A stretch of DNA of 64,000 nt from Patescibacteria group bacterium (GTDB lineage Bacteria > Patescibacteriota > Patescibacteriia > 2-01-FULL-39-33). Positions within the stretch are counted from its first letter, which is position 1; each line of letters begins with the position of its first letter. Shown one piece after another: positions 17,521 through 25,389 of the stretch. The notes beneath the pieces are model-generated. The model ran no database searches, was not told where the DNA came from, and saw only the letters and a program-made list of their open reading frames with translations. The position numbers and the translations under genes are program-made. Location: contig JBAZMW010000002.1 in NCBI GenBank assembly GCA_041649575.1, positions 148,487-212,486 on the forward strand, given 5' to 3'.

Positions 17521-20500
17521 ATGCCAGAAAAAGGACTATCTTTAAATGCCGAGCAACAAGCCGCGGTTCTTCATGATCAAGGGCCGCTTTTAATCGTGGC
17601 TGGCGCCGGCACCGGCAAAACCACGGTGATTACCGAAAGAATAGCTTATTTGATAAAAAACAAAAATTGCCGGCCGGAGGAAATTTTGGCCCTAACCTTT
17701 ACCGACAAAGCCGCCGGTGAAATGGAGGAGAGAGTCGATCGTCTTTTGCCTTACGGTTATGTCGATTTATGGATTCACACCTTTCACGCTTTTGCCGAAA
17801 AAGTTTTACACGACCACGGCCTGGAAATTGGTCTGCCCAATGATTTTAAGCTGCTCAGTACCACCGAGCAATGGCTTTTGGTTCGTCAAAATTTGGAAAA
17901 ATTTCCACTGGATTATTACCGGCCGCTGGGCAACCCGGTCAAGTTTATCCATGCCTTGTTAAAACATTTTTCGCGCGCCAAGGACGAGAATATTTCTCCC
18001 GCAGATTATCTAAATTATGTCCAGGAATTAAAGCTTAATGCCGATGGCGCAGAATTTATTAAAACCATCATCGACGAAGAGACCAAAAAACAATTAAGCA
18101 AAAAAGAACTTAAAGAAATTTTGGCCCAGGAAATCGCCAAGCAGACAGAGGTGGCCGAAGCCTATCACAGCTATCAGCAGTTGCTTTTGGCCAACAGCGC
18201 GCTGGATTTTGGCGATCTAATCAATTACGCCCTGAAACTCTTTACCACCAGAAAGAATATTCTTTTGAAATACCGCAACCAGTTCAAATATATTTTGGTT
18301 GATGAATTTCAAGACACCAATTACGCTCAATATGAATTATTGAAGCTTTTGGTCGGGCCTCAAAGCAACCTGACGGTGGTCGGCGATGACGACCAGTCGA
18401 TTTATAAGTTTCGGGGCGCTTCCATTTCCAATATTTTACAGTTCAAAGACGATTATCCGCAGGCCAAAGAAATTTTTCTCAACCAGAATTACCGCAGTTG
18501 TCAGAATATTTTAGATTTGGCTTATCGTTTTATCAAGCAGAACGATCCTTATCGTTTGGAAGTCAAGCTGGCTGGCGCCAGACAGCTTTCCAAAAAGCTC
18601 TCGGCTCAAAAGGACGGCCAAGGGGAAATCATTCATCTCCATGGCCGCCAGTTGGCCGACGAAGTGAAACTGGTGGTGGAAAAAATAATCAAGCTTTATA
18701 ACAACTCTCAAGCCGTCTCCTGGTCGGACTTCGCCGTTCTGGTTCGAGCCAATTCCAGCGCCGATGATTTTTGCTACGCTCTGGAAATGGCTGGCGTTCC
18801 TTTTAATTTTGTCGCTTCCAAGGGCCTCTATTCCAAGGCGGTGGTTTTGGATCTTTTGGCATACCTGAAACTATTGGACAATTATCACGAGGGGCCGGCT
18901 ATGTATCGCTTTTTGACGTTGCCGGTTTGGCAGATAAGTCAGAGCGATATCGTCAACTTGAATTATTGGGCCAAGAGGAAAGGCCAGTCGCTTTATGAGA
19001 CTCTCAAGCAGTCGGCGGCTCTAAACAATTTTACCCCAGATTTCCAGAGGCAGATTGGTCAGCTTTTGGCGGTGCTGGAGAAGCACGCCCAGCTGGTCAG
19101 AGAAAACAAAAAAACCACCGAAATTGTCCAAGCTTTTCTGGGCGACACCGGATATCTGAAGCAGCTTTCGGCCACGGATTCTCTGGCCAGTCGCGAACAG
19201 CTCGGCTATCTCAATCAGTTCTATAAAAAAATCCAAAATTTTGAACAGACTAGCGCCCACAACTCGGTTAAAGATTTTTTGTCTCTGGTGGAGCTGGAGC
19301 TGGAAGCTGGCGAAGAGGGGAGTTTGGAGGTCAACCTGGAGGAAGAAGGCCCCGATACCGTGAAAATCATGACCATTCATGCCGCCAAAGGCTTGGAATT
19401 CAAATATGTTTTTATCTCTAATTTGGTTGACAAGCGTCTGCCGACAATCGAGAGAAAAGACCCGATAGAATTGCCGGACAAGCTGGTCAAAGAAATTATT
19501 CCCGAGGGCGATATTCATTTACAGGAAGAGAGACGGCTGATGTATGTGGCCATGACTCGCGCCAAAGACGGTCTGTACCTGACTTCGGCCGCTGATTATG
19601 GCGGCGTCAGAAAAAAGAAACTCTCTCGTTTTCTGACGGAGCTTGCCGATTTGGGTTTGCCGCTGGCGGCCGAAATCAAAGCCGAGAGAGTCGGCGATTT
19701 GTCGGCCCGCCGACCTGCTCTAAGCGATAAGACCAGAGAAAAGGCCCCCGGCTTTTTACCCAGTAAATTCTCTTTTACCCAACTCAAGGCTTTTGAGAGC
19801 TGCCCTTATCAATATCGCTTCGCCCATGTCTTGAAGATCCCAGTCAAAGGCAAGGCCCAATTTTCTTTTGGCAAAAGCATGCACGGAACTTTGCAGAAAT
19901 TTTTTCTGTTGCTTAAGACCAAGCAAAACAAACGCCAGGGTGATTTGTTCGGCGCTAAAGATGGCAGTTCTGTCGAGGCCAGCGAAGCCGAGCTCTTAAA
20001 GATTTATCAAGAGACTTTTATCGACGATTGGTATGCCAGCAGAAAGGAGCGTGACGAATATTTTGCCAAAGGCCAGAGGGCGCTTAAAGGATTTTTTGCC
20101 CTGCACCAGCTCAACTGGCCAAGGGTGGCGGCGCTGGAACAGTCTTTTAATTTTAAGATTGCCGACGGCGGCGTTTATACTCTTTACGGTTTTATGGATC
20201 GTCTCGACGAGGTCGAGGGCGGCCTAAGAATCGTCGATTATAAAACCGGCCAGGCCAAAACCAAACTCTCCCCGGAAGACAAGGAACAGCTTTTGATTTA
20301 TCAGCTGGCGGCCGAAAAGGTGCTGGCCGAAAAAGTCAAAGAGTTGGTTTTCTATTATCTCGATGAAAACAAAGCGGTTTCTTTTTTGGGCGACGATAAA
20401 GAGCTGGCCGCTCTAAGGAAAAAAATCATGGCCATCATAGATGAGATCAAAAAAGGGGAATTCCCGCCCAAGCCGGGAGAAATCTGCAAGTATTGTGATT

Positions 20501-20532
20501 TTAATGGTATTTGCGAATATCGTTATAAATAA
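17521..20532 (+). CDS. UvrD/PcrA-type superfamily-1 helicase fused to a C-terminal PD-(D/E)XK (Cas4/AddB-like) nuclease with a Cys cluster
   Basis: AGAGTGKTT, VDEFQDTN and TIHAAKGLEF helicase motifs. C-terminal part has SCPYQYRF, VDYKTG and CKYCDFNGIC. Confidence 0.85.
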   Translation: MPEKGLSLNAEQQAAVLHDQGPLLIVAGAGTGKTTVITERIAYLIKNKNCRPEEILALTFTDKAAGEMEERVDRLLPYGYVDLWIHTFHAFAEKVLHDHGLEIGLPNDFKLLSTTEQWLLVRQNLEKFPLDYYRPLGNPVKFIHALLKHFSRAKDENISPADYLNYVQELKLNADGAEFIKTIIDEETKKQLSKKELKEILAQEIAKQTEVAEAYHSYQQLLLANSALDFGDLINYALKLFTTRKNILLKYRNQFKYILVDEFQDTNYAQYELLKLLVGPQSNLTVVGDDDQSIYKFRGASISNILQFKDDYPQAKEIFLNQNYRSCQNILDLAYRFIKQNDPYRLEVKLAGARQLSKKLSAQKDGQGEIIHLHGRQLADEVKLVVEKIIKLYNNSQAVSWSDFAVLVRANSSADDFCYALEMAGVPFNFVASKGLYSKAVVLDLLAYLKLLDNYHEGPAMYRFLTLPVWQISQSDIVNLNYWAKRKGQSLYETLKQSAALNNFTPDFQRQIGQLLAVLEKHAQLVRENKKTTEIVQAFLGDTGYLKQLSATDSLASREQLGYLNQFYKKIQNFEQTSAHNSVKDFLSLVELELEAGEEGSLEVNLEEEGPDTVKIMTIHAAKGLEFKYVFISNLVDKRLPTIERKDPIELPDKLVKEIIPEGDIHLQEERRLMYVAMTRAKDGLYLTSAADYGGVRKKKLSRFLTELADLGLPLAAEIKAERVGDLSARRPALSDKTREKAPGFLPSKFSFTQLKAFESCPYQYRFAHVLKIPVKGKAQFSFGKSMHGTLQKFFLLLKTKQNKRQGDLFGAKDGSSVEASEAELLKIYQETFIDDWYASRKERDEYFAKGQRALKGFFALHQLNWPRVAALEQSFNFKIADGGVYTLYGFMDRLDEVEGGLRIVDYKTGQAKTKLSPEDKEQLLIYQLAAEKVLAEKVKELVFYYLDENKAVSFLGDDKELAALRKKIMAIIDEIKKGEFPPKPGEICKYCDFNGICEYRYK

Positions 20533-20709
20533 CGAGTGTTTTTAGATAATTTTTTTGAATAATATTAAAACTTTTGTTATTGTGGATAATTTTTGGTATT
20601 TTCATTTGACATACAATAAAAAAAATTTTATATTTTAAAATTATAATGATTATTATAATTTTATTTTGTTTAAATTTAGCTAAATTATTGGTATTTTAAA
20701 AAAATTACT

Positions 20710-20738
20710 ATTGACAAATATTTATCTATATGATATAA
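20710..20738 (+). promoter_or_regulatory. Promoter: TTGACA, 17-nt spacer, TATAAT
   Basis: TTGACA at 20710-20715 and TATAAT at 20733-20738, at the downstream end of a very A+T-rich ~230-bp spacer. Confidence 0.55.
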
Positions 20739-20744
20739 TTATAA

Positions 20745-21314
20745 TTGTAAAAAGATAAATAAGATATTTTTCGAATCTCCTTGCTCATGGCGTTACGCCA
20801 GTTATCTGGATGTATCGCCATTGACAAGGGTCTTTGAAAGGCGTTAGAACTATAATTTAGAGGAGGATGGCGCTTTATACGCTGCCAGTCCTGGCTTCAA
20901 GATAACTTCTTGAGGCGAGGCGGCCGGCTAAGCGCCCTGGGAAATCAGGTCACAAAATATAATTTTGCGGGCCGTACGATTCTCCCGCCAATCACCCTCT
21001 AATAATTGTTCTAAAAAATCAGGCGGGGATCTTGTCCCTGCCGCGATGCGAAGGAAGCCAGTGCCCGTAAATCTGCGCCTGTTTGGCGCAGATCAGGGCA
21101 GTCAGAAAAAGTTCGGCAAGTAGCAAAACAAACATCTTTACCGTGGCCGGCAACTTTTTCTCAAGTTTTATTCGTATCGTGGCAGAGGTAAGCGGCCACT
21201 GCCCTCTCCTTGGTGGCAAGCCGGTTTGGTTTGTATGACCGACCGGCTTGCCTCTCTACTTTAGTCAACAAGATTTGTTGACTGGGGCAGGGAAGTCAAC
21301 GAGGAGGGCGAGTC
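20745..21314 (+). other. GC-rich, hairpin-dense ~570-nt untranslated region (long leader or independent RNA)
   Basis: I found no SD-preceded ORF on the plus strand. Perfect hairpins at 21071-21093 (9 bp), 21215-21252 (11 bp) and 21264-21282 (8 bp). Confidence 0.4.
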
Positions 21315-21503
21315 ATGATTGTACAATGTTGTAAGTGCCTTCGCGTACGCGAAGGTACACAAGGTAGTGAGTGGAGCCAGGAGCCCGGAGAACGTTTGAC
21401 TGAAACAGACGTCTCCCATGGGTACTGCCCCGCTTGCACCGAGAAGGCGTTGGCAGAAGTACGCCAACACCATGGACAGAAGGAGGATACGCGGACCGAA
21501 TAG
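21315..21503 (+). CDS. Small zinc-ribbon-like protein, 62 aa (CxxC ... SHGYCPAC)
   Basis: GGAGGG SD 6 nt upstream. Sequence begins MIVQCCKCLRVREG...W...SHGYCPACTEKAL. Confidence 0.6.
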   Translation: MIVQCCKCLRVREGTQGSEWSQEPGERLTETDVSHGYCPACTEKALAEVRQHHGQKEDTRTE

Positions 21504-21520
21504 GACCGCGTTTTAATTTT
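21489..21520 (+). terminator. Intrinsic terminator overlapping the stop codon
   Basis: ACGCGG / CCGCGT stem followed by TTTTAATTTT. Confidence 0.5.
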
Positions 21521-21776
21521 CTCAAAAATTATCAATAAATTTTTAAAGCACTCTTGACAACATCTTGTTTTTGATTTTTTTTCTGTGTTATAATTTTTTT
21601 GCAGGGAAGGATTATCACTCGTCATATTACCAGTTACACTTTAAACTCTCTCCCCTTAGTGTGGCCTGGCAATATCCAGAGTGCCTTCTCTAAATCCCGC
21701 CTTTACGGCGGGATTTATATTTTTTATTTTGTTAGTGTTTTATTTTGTGTTATAATAAGCCCATAAAAGGAGCGTT

Positions 21777-22157
21777 ATGACCATTAAGCAATTGCTTTAT
21801 ACCATTATTTTTGCCACTTTGGTTTGCTGGCTGGTGTGGTTTTTTGTTTTGTTTCAGATAGACCCGACCAGTAGCGGCCTCTTTGGTTTTTTTCTGTTTT
21901 ATGCCAGTTTGTTTTTTGGACTAGCAGGCGCTTTTTTTCTGCTTAGCTTTGCCTGGCGCAAGGTTTTCGGCAAGCTGAATTTGGAATATAAGATTGTCGG
22001 CACTTCTTTCCGCCAATCGATTTTTTTGGCGCTACTGATAGTCGGCTTGCTGTTTTTACAAAGCAAGAATTTTTTGAGCTGGTGGAATGTTATTTTACTG
22101 GTGGTGGTGGTTAGTATTTTGGAGTATTTTTTCTTGACTACCAAGAAGACAATTTAG
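21777..22157 (+). CDS. Small integral membrane protein (about 4 TM)
   Basis: Four hydrophobic segments and A+T-rich host-like composition. Confidence 0.7.
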   Translation: MTIKQLLYTIIFATLVCWLVWFFVLFQIDPTSSGLFGFFLFYASLFFGLAGAFFLLSFAWRKVFGKLNLEYKIVGTSFRQSIFLALLIVGLLFLQSKNFLSWWNVILLVVVVSILEYFFLTTKKTI

Positions 22158-22158
22158 G

Positions 22159-22224
22159 CTGTTGTCACCTTTCTTTTTTTAGAAAATTATTTTTAATGCC
22201 GCTTCTTTTCTAAAAAGAAGCGGC
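22159..22224. repeat. H-type element remnant plus a terminator-like hairpin
   Basis: GTTGTCACCTTTCTTTTTTTAG matches the left arm of the element at 24649. It is followed by GCCGCTTCTTTT / AAAAGAAGCGGC. Confidence 0.55.
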
Positions 22225-22410
22225 AGAAGAAAATCGCAGCTATTGTAAAATCCAGACAAAATTAGGTGAGTTTTCGCTAAGGCCATTAACTCCCCGCTCA
22301 GGCGCTAGCGCGCTGAGCGGGTCAAACATAATGGCCTTTGGCCTGCGGCCACCGCTCAAACTCCCAGCCAATTTTGTTCCTGGATTTTCCAGCGCTGCCT
22401 TTTTTGATCT
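22225..22410. repeat. Long imperfect palindrome, copy L2
   Basis: AAAATCCAGACAAAATTAGG... pairs with ...CCAATTTTGTTCCTGGATTTT. Centre is CCCCGCTCAGGCGCTAGCGCGCTGAGCGGG. TTTTCATAGGCTCGC follows at 22414-22428. Confidence 0.7.
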
Positions 22411-22454
22411 GCTTTTCATAGGCTCGCCGTAATGATTTAAATAGGACAATAACG

Positions 22455-22484
22455 TTGACTAAAGCAGCGCAAAAAGGTTATAAT
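22455..22484 (+). promoter_or_regulatory. pheS promoter: TTGACT, 18-nt spacer, TATAAT
   Basis: The -10 ends at 22484 and the ATG is at 22494, so the mRNA is leaderless or nearly so. The track's TTG start at 22455 is the -35 hexamer itself. Confidence 0.6.
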
Positions 22485-22493
22485 ATTTTTATT

Positions 22494-23543
22494 ATGAAAG
22501 AAAAGCTCAAGCAGTTAAAAATCGAATTTTTTGAGGCGATCAAGAAAATAAAAACCGCCTCTGATTTGGAAAATTTAGAAAATAAATTTTTGAGCCGTAA
22601 AAACGGCTTGCTCACCAATCTAATGAAAGGCCTGAAAGAGGTGGCGCGTGAAGAGGTGGCGGAGATCGGCCAATTAGCTAATGAGGTAAAAATCCAAATC
22701 ACCGATGAATTAGAGGGCCTCAAAAGCAAGCTTTCCGACCAGAGAGTCGGTGATTTTGATTTTTCTCTGCCGGGCGAGATGCCGCCCATTGGTCATTTGC
22801 ATTTGGTCACCGAGGCCATTCGCGAAATCGCTTCGATTTTTGAGGGTGTCGGCTTCCAGCGGGTCAGCTATCCGGAGGTAGAGTGGGATTATTATGCTTT
22901 TGAGGCCCTAAACATGCCCTCTGATCATCCAGCCCGCGATGAGTGGGAAACGTTTTTTATCGACCGTGAAGCTGTCAGCAAAAAGTATGGTAAGAGGATT
23001 TTGACGCCCCATACCTCTAACGCCCAGGTGCGGGAAATGGAAAAAGGCAGGTTGCCAATCCGCATGATGAATATCTCCAAAACCTATCGCCGGCAGATAG
23101 ACATTTCTCATACCCCCATGTTTCATCAGTTCGAAGGCTTGGTGATTGATAAGGATATCAATATCACTCATCTCAAAGGCACGATCGATTACTTTGTTAA
23201 GAAATTTTTTGGAGCCGACAGGACAATTCGCCTAAGGCCGCATCATTTTCAATTCACCGAGCCGAGTTTTGAAGTGGATATTTCTTGCGGCTTGTGCCAC
23301 GGTACCGGCAAGTTGGTGGATGGCTCGGCGTGTCGTATGTGCAAAGAGGGTTGGCTGGAGCTGGCTGGCGCTGGCATGGTGCATCCCAATGTCTTGAAAT
23401 TTGGCGGTATCGACTCGGGCAAATACAGCGGTTTTGCTTTTGGCTGGGGCGTGGAGCGGTGTTATACCATGAAAGCAGGATTAAACATCGATGATATTCG
23501 ACTGTTGTATAAGAATGATTTGCGGTTCAATACGCAGTTTTAA
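22494..23543 (+). CDS. pheS: Phenylalanine--tRNA ligase alpha subunit
   Basis: HPARDEWETFF, FRLRPHHFQFTEPS and GFAFGWGVER. Confidence 0.92.
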   Translation: MKEKLKQLKIEFFEAIKKIKTASDLENLENKFLSRKNGLLTNLMKGLKEVAREEVAEIGQLANEVKIQITDELEGLKSKLSDQRVGDFDFSLPGEMPPIGHLHLVTEAIREIASIFEGVGFQRVSYPEVEWDYYAFEALNMPSDHPARDEWETFFIDREAVSKKYGKRILTPHTSNAQVREMEKGRLPIRMMNISKTYRRQIDISHTPMFHQFEGLVIDKDINITHLKGTIDYFVKKFFGADRTIRLRPHHFQFTEPSFEVDISCGLCHGTGKLVDGSACRMCKEGWLELAGAGMVHPNVLKFGGIDSGKYSGFAFGWGVERCYTMKAGLNIDDIRLLYKNDLRFNTQF

Positions 23544-23569
23544 TAAATTTATAAATAAGGCTGGTTTTC

Positions 23570-24649
23570 ATGAATTATATTAAACAACCAATTGGCTACA
23601 TTAAAGCAGAGGGTTCTGGTCCTGATATAGTGGGTTCGGCTATTCGTATTTTAAAAGAAGTCGAAAAAAAGATGGATGTAAGATTTAAACTAATAGAGTA
23701 TAAAGGCCAAGCGCCAGCACTGAAATATACCACTAAATCATTTACTGAACTAAAAAATTTTTATAAAAGAATTCGAGAAAGAAAGGGATGTATTATTCGT
23801 GGAGGAATTTACGCTAGACAGGTTTATAGATTGCGACACGATTTTAGGCTGACATATAAACCAATCTTAATCAACCCCATACCGGAATTGTTTGAAAATT
23901 CTCCTTTTAAGGCAGCCTTTGCCAAAAAAATAAACTTATTAATAGCCAGAGAAAACGCGCAAGGGCTATTGGTTTCCAAAGAGATATTAAAGAAAACAAA
24001 AACTAACGAGATATTTGAGGGAAAATTTTTTTACGACAAAAATCTTTGCCGAAAGTTTATAGAAATGTGCTATCAGGCCGCTAGTAAAAGGAAGAAAAAA
24101 ATCATGTTTTTAATTAAGGGTGATGTTTGGAGTCGTCAGAGTTTTGGTGGTATGTGGTTTAGTTTATGGAAGGAGGTTGGAAAAAAATATCCAGAAGTGG
24201 AATTTGATTGGGAACACGACGACACTTGGCTTGGCTATTTTATGAATCATCCAGAAAAATATGATATGGTAGTAGCTTTGGGCATTAGTGGCGATTTAAT
24301 TACCGATCCGATTGCCACTTTAGCTTATGGCACCAGAGCAATTACTCCTAGCGCTAACATTGCTCCAGACGGTTTTATGACTGTTCAAACCATTCATGGC
24401 GCCGGAACCGGTATACCAAAAGGTAAGGCCAATCCCATCGCCATGATTAGAGGCATTGGTCTATTGATGGAATATTTTTTTGAAATGCCAGAGATGAAAA
24501 ATCTTATCGATCTATCTATAAGAAAGGTACTGGCCAGAGGATATAGAACAATAGATATTTATCTTAGTAATAATCCCAAACACAAATTGATCGGCTGTAA
24601 AGAAATGACCAGCTTAATAGTAGAAGAGATGCAAAAACTAACCAGTTAA
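23570..24649 (+). CDS. Divergent isocitrate/isopropylmalate dehydrogenase-family (beta-decarboxylating dehydrogenase-like) protein, low GC
   Basis: ARENAQGL and GDLITDPIATLAYGTRAITPSANI....QTIHGAGTGIPKGKANPIAMI resemble the Iso_dh family pattern. Visibly more A+T-rich than pheS and pheT. Confidence 0.55.
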   Translation: MNYIKQPIGYIKAEGSGPDIVGSAIRILKEVEKKMDVRFKLIEYKGQAPALKYTTKSFTELKNFYKRIRERKGCIIRGGIYARQVYRLRHDFRLTYKPILINPIPELFENSPFKAAFAKKINLLIARENAQGLLVSKEILKKTKTNEIFEGKFFYDKNLCRKFIEMCYQAASKRKKKIMFLIKGDVWSRQSFGGMWFSLWKEVGKKYPEVEFDWEHDDTWLGYFMNHPEKYDMVVALGISGDLITDPIATLAYGTRAITPSANIAPDGFMTVQTIHGAGTGIPKGKANPIAMIRGIGLLMEYFFEMPEMKNLIDLSIRKVLARGYRTIDIYLSNNPKHKLIGCKEMTSLIVEEMQKLTS

Positions 24650-24690
24650 GTTGTCACTTTTCTTTTTTTAGTAAAAAGAAAAGCTGACGC
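24649..24690. repeat. A/T-rich hairpin H3, same family as 12186-12226
   Basis: GTTGTCACTTTTCTTTTTTTAGTAAAAAGAAAAGCTGACGC. Confidence 0.65.
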
Positions 24691-24701
24691 AAAAGAAAAA
24701 A

Positions 24702-24842
24702 GCGCGATCTAATGAAAATTTGGCGCTTTAAGTCAAAATCCTAACAAAATTTTTAAACTCGCTTCGCCTACGGCTCGCTCAAACAGTAAAAATTTAGTAA
24801 CGGATTTTGCCTTACGCTTATTCCAAATTTTCATAGGCTCGC
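24702..24842. repeat. Long imperfect palindrome, copy L3
   Basis: GCGCGATCTAATGAAAATTTGG... pairs with ...CCAAATTTTCATAGGCTCGC. Confidence 0.7.
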
Positions 24843-24853
24843 ATTGTAAAAAA

Positions 24854-25345
24854 ATGAGAAGAATTAATAAAAATACATTGAAATGGATAATAGGAACGAT
24901 AATCGTACCTATTATTATAGCTGTAATAATGGTTAGTAATCAAGTACAGCAAAGCATAACTAATAGTGACAATTCTATTATGGCTGGTATAAATATTGCT
25001 AAAACCACTGGTGACAATAGTCCAGCCGTGGTTGGTGATAATAATAATTTTGAATACCATGTTAGTACTACAAGCACGCCTCAAAGACATGTTGATCAAA
25101 AGGTTATCGATTATTTAAATAGAGAAATACCCAAAGATGATCAAATAAAAATATTTATTGGGGCTGTTGCTCTTGATTCGGAAGCGTATATTTTTGCACA
25201 AGAAATATTTCATTATTTAACTGGTAAGTATAAAAATGTATATGGCATTGAATCTTTGGTGAATGATAATATGTCCCCAGGAATTCATATACACAAAAAG
25301 TTACAAGAAAAAAATATTTATATTGATATTCAAACTCATGAATAA
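24854..25345 (+). CDS. Hypothetical membrane-anchored protein, very low GC
   Basis: One N-terminal TM helix. No recognised motif. This looks like the most A+T-rich coding region in the window. Confidence 0.55.
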   Translation: MRRINKNTLKWIIGTIIVPIIIAVIMVSNQVQQSITNSDNSIMAGINIAKTTGDNSPAVVGDNNNFEYHVSTTSTPQRHVDQKVIDYLNREIPKDDQIKIFIGAVALDSEAYIFAQEIFHYLTGKYKNVYGIESLVNDNMSPGIHIHKKLQEKNIYIDIQTHE

Positions 25346-25389
25346 TATAAAATACAGCCCTGTTTTGATAAAAATAGATTAAATAAAAT

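Noticed and set aside
20533-20760. Replication origin, suggested by an extreme A+T-rich tract plus a perfect DnaA box
   Set aside because: There is only one perfect box, no cluster of boxes, and no dnaA or dnaN nearby. The evidence is insufficient, so I report it only as a low-interest note.
20869-20907. 12-aa mini-ORF MALYTLPVLASR directly after GAGGAGG
   Set aside because: The SD abuts the ATG with zero spacing, which is incompatible with normal initiation. It is probably coincidental.
21019-21219. Type I toxin-antitoxin locus (38-aa hydrophobic minus-strand ORF, 21019-21135)
   Set aside because: The peptide looks right, but there is no SD or promoter that I can identify. The ORF may be a chance frame in a structured region. 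It is mentioned only inside the region finding.
22455-22493. Longer pheS start at the TTG at 22455, and similarly the TTG starts at 41629, 46099, 45283, 6026, 33043 and the GTG at 40756
   Set aside because: The TTG at 22455 is the -35 hexamer of a consensus promoter. 41629 would read through a terminator. 46099 is 2 nt from the SD. In each case a downstream ATG fits the signals better, although 33043 remains possible.
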